Under the pieces are notes generated by a model, which searched no databases, was not told where the DNA came from, and saw only the letters and a list, made by a program, of their open reading frames with translations. DNA of 64,000 nucleotides. Origin: a virus. Position 1 is the first letter of the stretch. Each line of letters begins with the position of its first letter. Made by a program: the position numbers and the translations under genes. Below, piece by piece: positions 30,872 to 39,574 of this stretch. The stretch covers positions 1 through 64,000 of the IMG/VR virus record IMGVR_UViG_3300017698_000019, one strand, 5' to 3'.

Positions 30872-31097
30872 CCACACACGCAACACAGGTGAGGCTGGCT
30901 AAGGCTGGCCTCACCACCGACCGGACAGACCCGGCCCCCTCGACGGGGAGAGGAGGACGTGTGCTACGTGCGACCCCGCCTAGCAGGAGTTCACACGCAA
31001 TCCTCAGCCATCCAAGAAAGACACAAACAACTTGTCACCCGAAACCTTATGTGCCAAAATAAATAAATGCCAGAATACTATTAGGGATCCTAACTAG

Positions 31098-31268
31098 ATG
31101 ATAGTCCGCATGACGAAGACACAGTTCCAAGTCTTACTCGCCGCTATGTATGATCGGAGGAAGAATGCAGACCCGCCCCTGAATGATTTTGGAAACAAAC
31201 TCGTTGAAGACATGGAGCGAGCCCACATTCAAGACAGAAACACAGTGGATTTACGTGATGGCGCTTGA
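31098..31268 (+). CDS. small ORF (56 aa)
   Basis: MIVRMTKTQFQVLLAAMYDRRKNADPPLNDFGNKLVEDMERAHIQDRNTVDLRDGA. Below the track cutoff. Confidence 0.3.
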   Translation: MIVRMTKTQFQVLLAAMYDRRKNADPPLNDFGNKLVEDMERAHIQDRNTVDLRDGA

Positions 31269-31413
31269 TGAGACAGGAAGAGCATGGATGCAGATGTGCT
31301 ACAAGGGACCGTGGATCAGAGCACCTTTATTTGACCAGAAAACAGCATCATGAGATTTTTAGACCCGTGGTGCGCGCCCGTCTCCCTTGGGTACGATTTG
31401 AAGAGGAAACCTG

Positions 31414-31677
31414 ATGACACAAAGTTACTTTCTCGAAAATATGTCATACTCTGAGGCAGATGCCCTGTCGTGTCCTTGCGAAGTCTACGAGGGCGGCATC
31501 CGGAGAACCCTGACCTATCGCACTCGCACGTCAAGCGGTGGAGCAGGGATGGGTGAGTATCCAGCGACCCTCACGTGTGTCTTGTCCAACGGGCATGTCT
31601 ACAAGTGGGATGAATGGACAGGCAAGGCGGAACGTGTGGACGCGGGAGCCATGGAACAACAGGAGATCAGCTTTTGA
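31414..31677 (+). CDS. hypothetical protein
   Basis: 87 aa track ORF. Confidence 0.5.
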   Translation: MTQSYFLENMSYSEADALSCPCEVYEGGIRRTLTYRTRTSSGGAGMGEYPATLTCVLSNGHVYKWDEWTGKAERVDAGAMEQQEISF

Positions 31678-32039
31678 ACCCAGCGACAGAAGTAAACAAT
31701 CTGTGGAACCAAGCCTTGGAACACATTGATTGGGACGAGAAGAACGGCGACCACGTTCTCGAACTTGGTGTGGAAACGCGGATGACGCTCCAGAAGATGA
31801 ACCCGTTCTGGTGGGACAGCAATTGTCGGTATGACGTGGACAAAGCGTGTTGGTGGTTCCGCGGATGCTTCTTGGTGAAAGTTATTCATGAGCCACTACC
31901 TGAGGCTTCTTACATCGGAGACGACACGATTGAGGTCAAGCTGGTTCCCGAGTGGCACCACATGGCGATCCACGTTCAACGCAGCAATGGCCGCTATCGC
32001 TACCACGATTGGGACGGCAATGATCCGAGGATGATGTAA
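31674..32039 (+). CDS. hypothetical protein with P-x-WH-x-MAIH motif (TTG start)
   Basis: TTGA overlap with the upstream stop. VPEWHHMAIHVQRSNGRYRYHDWDG near the C-terminus, similar to 33085..33110. Confidence 0.45.
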   Translation: MNPATEVNNLWNQALEHIDWDEKNGDHVLELGVETRMTLQKMNPFWWDSNCRYDVDKACWWFRGCFLVKVIHEPLPEASYIGDDTIEVKLVPEWHHMAIHVQRSNGRYRYHDWDGNDPRMM

Positions 32040-32335
32040 TGCTAAATCATGTGACCTTCTATCTGACACACAAAATACTCCAGGACGAACTGTATCGGTT
32101 CCGAACAAAGATCTCCAAGGACAGTGATATCGAGATCAACCTGATGACGGGGATTGTCAGGGTCGGCGAGTTACGCACCTTCCACAAGGTGATGAGAAGC
32201 CCAAGTGAGATGCGTGAGCGGATGCAAGGTGTGGACTGGCATGGATACACGTTTCATGACAGTATCGTCAGTGTGTCGCCGGACCTTGTTCACTGGCTCA
32301 ATCAGGAGGTCGCTCGGCATGTCCGACACTACTAA
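32039..32335 (+). CDS. hypothetical protein
   Basis: 98 aa. TAATG coupling. Confidence 0.5.
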   Translation: MLNHVTFYLTHKILQDELYRFRTKISKDSDIEINLMTGIVRVGELRTFHKVMRSPSEMRERMQGVDWHGYTFHDSIVSVSPDLVHWLNQEVARHVRHY

Positions 32336-32507
32336 GCCTCTCACTCATTTTGAGTTGGAAAGCTGTATCGCCACCCTATGTGACGTCATAAAGCGCATGG
32401 AGTATGCGATGCAGAGCTCGAACATCAATGATCGGGAATACTATCTCGAAGAAGCCAAGAAGAGGCGCAAGCAAGTCGAGAAGAAAATCCTGAGAGGTAA
32501 AGGCTGA
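32319..32507 (+). CDS. hypothetical protein
   Basis: ATG 32319 (MSDTTKPLTHFELESCIATLCDV...). 62 aa. Confidence 0.45.
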   Translation: MSDTTKPLTHFELESCIATLCDVIKRMEYAMQSSNINDREYYLEEAKKRRKQVEKKILRGKG

Positions 32508-32860
32508 TGCCCGCTTTTGAACATCTCGTCGGAAAGGTCTTCAAGCGAGCAGGAGGCAAGTATCCCGGTGTCTGGATCGTCGTAGGTCTTACTCCCGCTG
32601 GAGGCTGCATCTGCTTGGGCTGGGGAAACGATGGTAATCTTGTCGGAGCAGCAAACTATCAGCCTTACTATGTAAATTCGAAGAAAACACTCGCAACCAT
32701 AAATATTGAAGACATAAGGTTCCTCAATGATACAACTTTCAAGACCGATCCAGCATCTGGTGACGGATCTGAAGAGGCACCTAGTCTGCCTGCCATACTC
32801 TCCACGTCATCTTCACATGATGGCGGCACAGATAGGACTGGGGAAGCATTGGTTCCATAG
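32507..32860 (+). CDS. hypothetical protein, possibly the 5' part of a frameshifted DUF4031 gene
   Basis: TGATG coupling. TINIEDIRFL (32696-32725) resembles the VYVDD start of DUF4031, which then continues in the +1 frame. Confidence 0.4.
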   Translation: MPAFEHLVGKVFKRAGGKYPGVWIVVGLTPAGGCICLGWGNDGNLVGAANYQPYYVNSKKTLATINIEDIRFLNDTTFKTDPASGDGSEEAPSLPAILSTSSSHDGGTDRTGEALVP

Positions 32861-33161
32861 AGATCATTACGATATCCCAGTCACCAAGCGACAACTCATT
32901 GAACAAAGTTCTTTACAAGTAAGTTCAAAGAGTATAGTTAGGTTGATCCATGCGTACAACAATCCAGCGAGGTCAGCCCGATTGTCGTTACCTTCAAACA
33001 CGCAGAGCGAGAACTCAGATCATGAGGCTCGCCTAGCCCTGCTTTATAAAGAGCAAGGCAAAACAGGAATTCATTTTTGTCCGAACTGGCATTACATGGC
33101 GATACACGACAAATCGCCAGAGTTTGAGGCTTGTCAGTGCGACCTCGATGGAATAGGTTAG
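32727..33161 (+). CDS. DUF4031-like domain protein with C-terminal P-x-WH-x-MAIH motif
   Basis: HLVTDLKRHL...HLHMMAAQIGLGKHWFHRDHYDIPVTKRQLIEQ follows the DUF4031 pattern (HL..D..eLH.fA..iGl...wf....HYDi). C-terminal FCPNWHYMAIH. Confidence 0.5.
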   Translation: MIQLSRPIQHLVTDLKRHLVCLPYSPRHLHMMAAQIGLGKHWFHRDHYDIPVTKRQLIEQSSLQVSSKSIVRLIHAYNNPARSARLSLPSNTQSENSDHEARLALLYKEQGKTGIHFCPNWHYMAIHDKSPEFEACQCDLDGIG

Positions 33162-33165
33162 GGAA

Positions 33166-33378
33166 ATGAGTAACAATCCTCCAGACGTGGTGTTGAACCT
33201 GACTTTCAAGCAAGCGGACTTCATTGTCCGTAATTGCGATAGCAACATAAAGGTCGCGTTGAACATTGCTATGGATCCTGATACCAGTGAAGAGACCCAA
33301 GTGAGGGCCGCTTCCTTGGGTCGGGATTTCCAGGAACTTAAAGATTTGGTCAAGAAGGCTACAGTCCATGGCGACTAA
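33166..33378 (+). CDS. hypothetical protein
   Basis: 70 aa. Overlaps the terL start by 11 nt. Confidence 0.5.
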   Translation: MSNNPPDVVLNLTFKQADFIVRNCDSNIKVALNIAMDPDTSEETQVRAASLGRDFQELKDLVKKATVHGD

Positions 33379-34894
33379 GCAGTATCCAAAGAATGTAATC
33401 TGGAGGCCGATGCCGGGAAGCCAAGAGGCTTTCCTTGCTGCGACCCCGATCTTCGAGGTCCTCTTTGAGGGAACCCGTGGTGGTGGCAAGACAGATTGTC
33501 TCCTGATGTCGTTCTGTATGCACGTAGACAAGGGATACGGCGCTGCGTGGAAAGGCATCCTGTTCCGTCAGACTTACAAGCAGCTGACAGACGTTATCTC
33601 GAAGACCAAGAAGTGGATCCCACAGATTTGGCCACAGGCGAAGTTCAACCACTCAGAGCATACGTGGACTTGGCCAACTGGTGAGCAGCTTCTCCTGCGT
33701 CAGTTCGCCAAAGAGTCGGACTATGACAACTACCACGGTCACGAATACCCATGGATCGGATGGGAAGAACTCTGCAATTGGGCCAACGACAAGGGCTACA
33801 AGAAGATGATGTCCACCTGTCGCTCCTCTCAGAAGGGGATGCCGCGTATGTGCCGAGCCACCACGAACCCTTCTGGGCCGGGACATAATTGGGTGAAGAA
33901 CCGCTTCAAGCCGCAGAGCCTCAACATGGTTGTTCGCCGAGACATCATGGACGAGGATGGTGCCAAGGAGCCAAGCCGCCTGAGCATTAAGTCGCACATT
34001 GACGAGAACCTTATCTTGCTTGAAGCTGACCCTGAGTATAAGCAAAAGATCGCTGCGTCAGCTGATAACGAAGCCCAGAAGAAGGCTTGGCTGGACGGCT
34101 CTTGGGATATCGTCTCCGGCGGCATGTTCGATGATGTATGGGATCCTAAATATAATGTGGTCCTACCATTTGATATTCCACACAATTGGAAGATTACGAG
34201 GAGTTTCGACTGGGGAGCATCCAAGCCTTTCTCCGTGGGCTGGTGGGCTATCAGCAATGGGGAAGATGTGCAGTTAAGGAATGGTGAATGGCGAAGCACT
34301 ATCCGAGGAGACGTGTTCCGTATCAAAGAATGGTATGGTTGCCATGATAACCGTCCGAACGAAGGACTGAATATCCTTGCCTCAGAGATTGCGGAAGGGA
34401 TTGTTCAGCGAGAAATGGAGTGGGGATGGCGTGAGCGCGGCACAACTTGGTGTCGTGTGAGAGCAGGTGTGGCTGATAGCCAGATTTTCGCCGCTGAAAA
34501 CGGAAATTGCATCGCGACAGACATGAAAGTTAAGGTCCGACTGGATGATGGGAACAAATATCCTGGAATTCAGTGGCTCCCAGCCGATAAACGTCCTGGA
34601 TCTCGTGTCACAGGGTGGACCCAAGTGCGACAACGCATCAGAAACGCCGGTCCGAACAAGAAATTGGACGAAAATAACGAAGTAATAGCGATTTTCCCTC
34701 GTGAAAAGCCTGCTTTGTTCGTTTTCTCCAACTGCACGGCGTTCATTGAGACCTTGCCAGTGCTTCCTCGGGACGAAAAGAACCCCGATGACATCAATAC
34801 TGAGGCTGAAGACCACGTCGCCGACGAGGTTCGCTATTTTATCCGCTCTGTTGGGCAAACCGGAAGCACCGGAACAACGACAGGTAATCATTAA
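33368..34894 (+). CDS. terL: terminase large subunit
   Basis: 508 aa. Walker A-like FEGTRGGGKTD, then YHGHEYPWIGWEE. C-terminal nuclease-like acidic residues (DWG..., EDHVADEVRY). Confidence 0.85.
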   Translation: MATKQYPKNVIWRPMPGSQEAFLAATPIFEVLFEGTRGGGKTDCLLMSFCMHVDKGYGAAWKGILFRQTYKQLTDVISKTKKWIPQIWPQAKFNHSEHTWTWPTGEQLLLRQFAKESDYDNYHGHEYPWIGWEELCNWANDKGYKKMMSTCRSSQKGMPRMCRATTNPSGPGHNWVKNRFKPQSLNMVVRRDIMDEDGAKEPSRLSIKSHIDENLILLEADPEYKQKIAASADNEAQKKAWLDGSWDIVSGGMFDDVWDPKYNVVLPFDIPHNWKITRSFDWGASKPFSVGWWAISNGEDVQLRNGEWRSTIRGDVFRIKEWYGCHDNRPNEGLNILASEIAEGIVQREMEWGWRERGTTWCRVRAGVADSQIFAAENGNCIATDMKVKVRLDDGNKYPGIQWLPADKRPGSRVTGWTQVRQRIRNAGPNKKLDENNEVIAIFPREKPALFVFSNCTAFIETLPVLPRDEKNPDDINTEAEDHVADEVRYFIRSVGQTGSTGTTTGNH

Positions 34895-34951
34895 CACTCG
34901 GGAGACACAAAATGCTTGTCAAACCCGTTGGATGGAGGTATGTTCTTCTTC

Positions 34952-36466
34952 ATGGCTGACTCTCTCGCACAAAACCACCCCGCTTATACCGAGCATGTTG
35001 CTGATTGGAAGCAGATGCGCGATACGTACAAGGGTGAGAAACGAGTTAAGGCTCGTTCGACGCAATATCTCCCCGCAACGTCTGGCCATATCACTGATGG
35101 CTACGGTGGGAACGATCCAAACGCTATTGGTGTCCTTGCTTACGACGCTTACCTGAAAAGAGCGCGTTATCACAACTTTGTGCGCGAAGCTGTGCAGATG
35201 GCAGTCGGCATGATGCACAATCAGCCTCCGAAAATTGAATTGCCGGAAGCGATGAAGGATATTCGCTCATCCAAAGGCGAAAAACTTGAAGATCTGCTGC
35301 GTCGGATCAATGCGGAGCAACTTTTGGTCGGCAGGGTCGGAATTATGGCCGATTTGCCGCTGGAACCCGGAGATGGGCCTGATCAGCCGATTTTGGCGCT
35401 TTATGGAGCCGAGCGCATCATCAATTGGGACGTCGGTAACACCGATTTGACCCAAGACGCACTGAATATGGTGATTTTGGACGAAACGACCCATATTCGC
35501 AAAGATAACTTCATGTGGGACCTCACCACGCAGCATCGCATCCTGATTATCGGCGAAGTTGACGAAAATGATCCACAAGGCACTTATCAGCAGGGATTGT
35601 TCCGCGATACTGCTTTTGTGAAGACAGGATTGATCCGACCCGCCTATAAAGGGCGACAATTGGATGAAATCCCGTTTGTGATCGTAAATTCGGTTGATGT
35701 CACTGCAGAACCTGATGATCCAGTCCTTTTGGATCTCAGCAACCTTTGTTTGACGCTATATCGCGCAGATGCCGATTATCGCCAGAATTTGTTCATGCAG
35801 GGCCAAGATACCTTTGTTACGATCGGCGGAGCGTTTGAGGAGGACGATAAAGTCCGAACTGGCGCTGGTGCCCGAATTGATCTGCCTCTCGGCGCAGATG
35901 CGAAGTATGTCGGCGTTCAGAGCACTGGTCTCCAGGAACAGCGTGAGGCTATCAACAAGCTGGAGAGCCGCGCTGGTACGATGGGCGCACAGACACTGGA
36001 CAGCACAAGCCGCGAGCGCGAGTCCGGTGACAGTATGCGTATCCGTGTGGCCAGCCGCACAGCAGACCTGAACCAAATCGCTGACGCTGGCGCTATGGCG
36101 CTTGAAGATATCCTGAAGATCTGCGCTCGGTGGATGGGTGAGAACCCAGACGAAGTTAAAGTCACACCGAACAAAGAGTTTGGTGAAATGCCGCTCACGG
36201 GTCAGACTATGGTCGAGATGGCAACTGCTCGCACCTTGGGCTTCCCGATCTCTGCTAAATCACTGCATGATCTCGCTCGCAAGCGTAAGGTCACTGCTCT
36301 TACCTTCGAGGAAGAGCAAGAAGCGGCCAAGCTGGAAGCTGAAGAAGATCATCCGTTCAAGACCCCGGAGAAACCGGATATGGCTGGCTCTGACCAGAAC
36401 GAAGATGGTGATGACACGGACGATAAGAAGTCCGCCCTCAACAAAGCGAAGACTGGAGACAAGTGA
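34952..36466 (+). CDS. portal protein (DUF4055-type)
   Basis: Follows terL. MADSLAQNHPAYTEHVADWKQMRDTYKGEKRVKARSTQYLP is the typical DUF4055 N-terminus. Acidic C-terminal tail. GGAGG sits 13 nt upstream of ATG 34952 (alternatives 34916 and 34940). Confidence 0.75.
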   Translation: MADSLAQNHPAYTEHVADWKQMRDTYKGEKRVKARSTQYLPATSGHITDGYGGNDPNAIGVLAYDAYLKRARYHNFVREAVQMAVGMMHNQPPKIELPEAMKDIRSSKGEKLEDLLRRINAEQLLVGRVGIMADLPLEPGDGPDQPILALYGAERIINWDVGNTDLTQDALNMVILDETTHIRKDNFMWDLTTQHRILIIGEVDENDPQGTYQQGLFRDTAFVKTGLIRPAYKGRQLDEIPFVIVNSVDVTAEPDDPVLLDLSNLCLTLYRADADYRQNLFMQGQDTFVTIGGAFEEDDKVRTGAGARIDLPLGADAKYVGVQSTGLQEQREAINKLESRAGTMGAQTLDSTSRERESGDSMRIRVASRTADLNQIADAGAMALEDILKICARWMGENPDEVKVTPNKEFGEMPLTGQTMVEMATARTLGFPISAKSLHDLARKRKVTALTFEEEQEAAKLEAEEDHPFKTPEKPDMAGSDQNEDGDDTDDKKSALNKAKTGDK

Positions 36467-36582
36467 TGAAGAATATCTGGAACGGCTTCAAAAGCTGGCT
36501 ATCGCAGGCGTGGCTTGAACACCCACTCTACACAATCATGTTCGGCGCAGGCTGCTTCTTGGCAGGTGCCTTTCTACTCTGA
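36466..36582 (+). CDS. small TM peptide (38 aa)
   Basis: TGATG coupling to the portal gene. MKNIWNGFKSWLSQAWLEHPLYTIMFGAGCFLAGAFLL. Followed by the perfect hairpin CTGAGGG-ATGA-CCCTCAG (36579-96). Confidence 0.35.
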   Translation: MKNIWNGFKSWLSQAWLEHPLYTIMFGAGCFLAGAFLL

Positions 36583-36636
36583 GGGATGACCCTCAGTTAA
36601 CCAGCGGCATGGATCGCTACATACTGGAGACCGGTT

Positions 36637-37464
36637 ATGGAACTGGAACTAACTTACGACGACGCTACGAAGATCCCAGCGGGATTTGAGAAGCTTTATA
36701 CGATTACCGATGGCAAGGCCACTCTGACTGGCGTCAACGGGATGAAAACCCAAGCGGACATCGACCGCATTCAGGAAGGTCTGCGCAAAGAGCGTGAAGA
36801 TCACGCCAAGACCAAAGCTGACCTCAAGCCTTTCAAGGGCATGGACGCAGCTGAGATCCAGGAGAAACTCGATCGGATCGACGAACTGGAAGCCACCAAT
36901 GGCGGCAAGCTGGACGAAGAGGCTATCAACAAGATCGTTGAAGGTCGTCTGAAGCAGCAGACTGCTCCGCTCCAGCGCAAGATCGATGAATTGACTGAAA
37001 CCAACACCACTCTGGCCGCTGACAACGACAAGCTGACCGGGACTATCTCGACCGGCTCTCGTAACGAAGCGGTTCGCAAGATCGCTGCTGAGATGAAGGT
37101 TCACGGCACTGCAATCGCAGACGTCGAACTGGTGGCCGCGAACTACCTCGAGAAAGACGAAACCACTGGCAAGTGGATTGTGAAAGCTGATGCAGAAGGC
37201 GTGACGCCTGGAGCAGATGTGAACCAGTTCATGAAAGAGATGCAGAAGCTGCGTCCTCACTGGTGGCCGAAATCAACTGGCGGTGGCGCTGGTGGTGGTC
37301 TCGACGGTGTCAACGGCGGCAAGAACCCCTTCTCGGGTGATAGCTGGAACGTGACCGAGCAGGGTCAGCTTATTCGCACCGATCGCGAACTGGCTACTCA
37401 ACTCGCAACTGCGGCTGGTACGAGCATCGGTGGCGAACGCCCCGCTGCCACTCAGCAGAAATAA
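36637..37464 (+). CDS. scaffolding protein
   Basis: 275 aa. Coiled-coil, charged. Lies between the portal and major capsid genes. Confidence 0.65.
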   Translation: MELELTYDDATKIPAGFEKLYTITDGKATLTGVNGMKTQADIDRIQEGLRKEREDHAKTKADLKPFKGMDAAEIQEKLDRIDELEATNGGKLDEEAINKIVEGRLKQQTAPLQRKIDELTETNTTLAADNDKLTGTISTGSRNEAVRKIAAEMKVHGTAIADVELVAANYLEKDETTGKWIVKADAEGVTPGADVNQFMKEMQKLRPHWWPKSTGGGAGGGLDGVNGGKNPFSGDSWNVTEQGQLIRTDRELATQLATAAGTSIGGERPAATQQK

Positions 37465-37601
37465 CCTGTTGCAATCTTCTGCAACTTGATGTAAACAACT
37501 TGTCATGCGCCTCCATGGGATGCGCCTGACATTCCGAACCTCGGCTGGTCATGGGACTAGCAATCTTCTAGCCATGAACATCTTAGGAAAGGACACACTC
37601 C

Positions 37602-38645
37602 ATGGCCTCTGGACATACTTCAATCGCGGACATCGTCGTCCCCGAAATCTTCACTCCTTACACTCTCAAGGAAACTGAAGAAAAATCTCGCCTCATCCGC
37701 TCTGGTGCCGTGGTCTCTGACAGTGACATGGCTGACAAGCTGAATGGTGGCGGTCTTACCTTCAACCTGCCGACCTATGACGACCTGGACAATGACGCCG
37801 AGCGCGTCGCTGATGAGAGCGTTCGCAACACCTTCACTGGTGGTGTGGTCGATCCCACTCCAAACAAAATCGGCACCTTCACCGAGGTCGCCGTTCGTCT
37901 GGAACGCAACAACTCCTGGACTGCAACCAAGCTGGCCAAGCTGATGTCGGGCGATGACCCCGCCGCTGCTATTCAGTCGCGCGTTGCGGACTATTGGGTG
38001 CGTCGTCAGCAAGCCTGCTTCGTAAGCGTCGTGAACGGCATCTTCGCCGATAACGCTGCTGCGCCTGTTGGTACTGAGCACGTTCAGAACGACATGACCA
38101 ATGACATCTCCGGCGGTGGTTACGTCGCTGGTGTGACCGACTTCTCTGCCGAAGCCTTCGTCGACACCACGTTGACAATGGGCGACAGCATGGAAGATCT
38201 GTCCATGATCATGGTTCACTCGGTCGTTTATGCGCGTATGCTGAAGAACAACCTGATCGACTTCATCCCGGACTCCGTGAATGGCAACGCTGTTACCGTT
38301 CCGACCTTCCTGGGCCGTGAAGTTATCGTTGACGATGGCCTGCCTGTCTCGGGCACCATCTACGAAAGCTGGGTCTTCGGCGCGGGTGCCATTGTGTTCG
38401 CACAGGGTTCGCCCGACAAGCCGACCGAGGTCGACAATCAGCCCGGAGCCGGTAACGGCGCTGGTCAAGAGATCCTCTACAACCGTGTCCGCTGGGGCTT
38501 CCACCCCAAGGGTCACGCGTATGCTGGAGCGACTCCTGCTGGTGGTCCGAGCAACGCGGTCCTGTCTGCTGCTGCTTCCTGGCAGCGTGTGTTCCCTGAA
38601 CGCAAGCAGATCAAAATCGCTCGCTTGATCTCTCGCGAAGCATAA
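37602..38645 (+). CDS. major capsid protein
   Basis: 347 aa. Position after the scaffold. AGGAAAGGA RBS. Strong terminator follows. The N-terminus SIADIVVPEIFTPYT is typical of coat proteins of this class. Confidence 0.8.
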   Translation: MASGHTSIADIVVPEIFTPYTLKETEEKSRLIRSGAVVSDSDMADKLNGGGLTFNLPTYDDLDNDAERVADESVRNTFTGGVVDPTPNKIGTFTEVAVRLERNNSWTATKLAKLMSGDDPAAAIQSRVADYWVRRQQACFVSVVNGIFADNAAAPVGTEHVQNDMTNDISGGGYVAGVTDFSAEAFVDTTLTMGDSMEDLSMIMVHSVVYARMLKNNLIDFIPDSVNGNAVTVPTFLGREVIVDDGLPVSGTIYESWVFGAGAIVFAQGSPDKPTEVDNQPGAGNGAGQEILYNRVRWGFHPKGHAYAGATPAGGPSNAVLSAAASWQRVFPERKQIKIARLISREA

Positions 38646-38653
38646 TCCTAGCG

Positions 38654-38680
38654 GGGAGCGGCTTTGGTCGCTCCCTTTCA
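38654..38680 (+). terminator. rho-independent terminator after the capsid gene
   Basis: GGGAGCG-8 nt-CGCTCCC followed by TTTCACTCTT. Confidence 0.65.
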
Positions 38681-38701
38681 CTCTTGGGCTAGGAGGTAAT
38701 C

Positions 38702-38899
38702 ATGGCTCGCCAAGGTACACCACGTCTACGGCATCTTTCACACCGAGCACTCGCCCGTGTCAAGCGACAGCCGTTGATTTCCGATTTCGTAGCAGAACGC
38801 GCAAGCACTCTCACTCAGTACGCTGACGAGGATGCAGTGTGGGCCGCTCTTCACACCAACAAGGCTGTCACTGTTGCGGCCGAAGTTGATACTCCATAA
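38702..38899 (+). CDS. hypothetical protein
   Basis: 65 aa. TAGGAGG RBS. Confidence 0.5.
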   Translation: MARQGTPRLRHLSHRALARVKRQPLISDFVAERASTLTQYADEDAVWAALHTNKAVTVAAEVDTP

Positions 38900-38909
38900 G
38901 GAACATATC

Positions 38910-39467
38910 ATGGATGATCGCAAGGACAAAATTCTCGAAGCACTCGGCATGATGGATGCCATGGACGATGAACAGTGGACTGGTGACGGTGCGCCCAAGG
39001 TGGACGCAGTTGCTGAACTCGCTGAACTGGAAGACCTGAAACGCGCCGAGATCATCGACGCCGCTCCGGAATTCTCTCGCACCAACACCGACCTGTCTGC
39101 TGAGGACGAGGAAGATACTGGTGAGGCCGAAGTCGAAGAAAACACGATGGGTTACAAACACCCTGAAATCGTTGAAGCCCAAGAGGCCTACGACGAGATC
39201 GTGAAAGCCAAGGCCGAGGTTGAAGCTGAACACGAACGGCGCGGTGCGAAACTGACCGAGGTCACCAACCGTCTGATGCTCGAGCGTCAAGACAAGCAGG
39301 CCAACCAACGCGGCATCATGGACGTCATCAAGAAGTCCAACGAAGCCCGTGCCTCTCGCGCAGAAGCTTTTCAGCGGAACCGTGCTTTGCTGATGGATCA
39401 GCCTCCGCTGTCGCCACTCGACGAAGCGAAAAAGGGCGAGAAGAAAACTCGTCCGAAGATGGGATAA
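38910..39467 (+). CDS. acidic coiled-coil head-module protein
   Basis: ATG 38910 after AAGGAACA. MDDRKDKILEALGMMDAMDDEQW... Confidence 0.55.
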   Translation: MDDRKDKILEALGMMDAMDDEQWTGDGAPKVDAVAELAELEDLKRAEIIDAAPEFSRTNTDLSAEDEEDTGEAEVEENTMGYKHPEIVEAQEAYDEIVKAKAEVEAEHERRGAKLTEVTNRLMLERQDKQANQRGIMDVIKKSNEARASRAEAFQRNRALLMDQPPLSPLDEAKKGEKKTRPKMG

Positions 39468-39472
39468 GAAAA

Positions 39473-39562
39473 ATGGTAAAGCGCAGAAAGAAGTCTCGTA
39501 AACTGGCCGCTGCGCTTTACTATGCTCGTAAGAAGCGACTGGCGCGAATTGCAGCCTCTTAA
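39473..39562 (+). CDS. ultra-basic peptide (29 aa)
   Basis: MVKRRKKSRKLAAALYYARKKRLARIAAS. Below the track cutoff. Fills the gap between head genes. Confidence 0.3.
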   Translation: MVKRRKKSRKLAAALYYARKKRLARIAAS

Positions 39563-39574
39563 GGATAAACCACT

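Noticed and set aside
30802-31062. 86-aa ORF downstream of and overlapping the GC-rich gene.
   Set aside because: It is probably an open frame arising by chance in GC-rich DNA. It has no RBS and overlaps the better gene.
31032-31065. TTGTCA-17 nt-CAAAAT promoter-like site.
   Set aside because: The -10 is weak and lacks the cassette features. Left uncalled.
37496-37530. Cassette-like AACAAC-TTGTCA upstream of the capsid gene.
   Set aside because: No acceptable -10 hexamer lies 16-19 nt downstream, so it is not called as a promoter.
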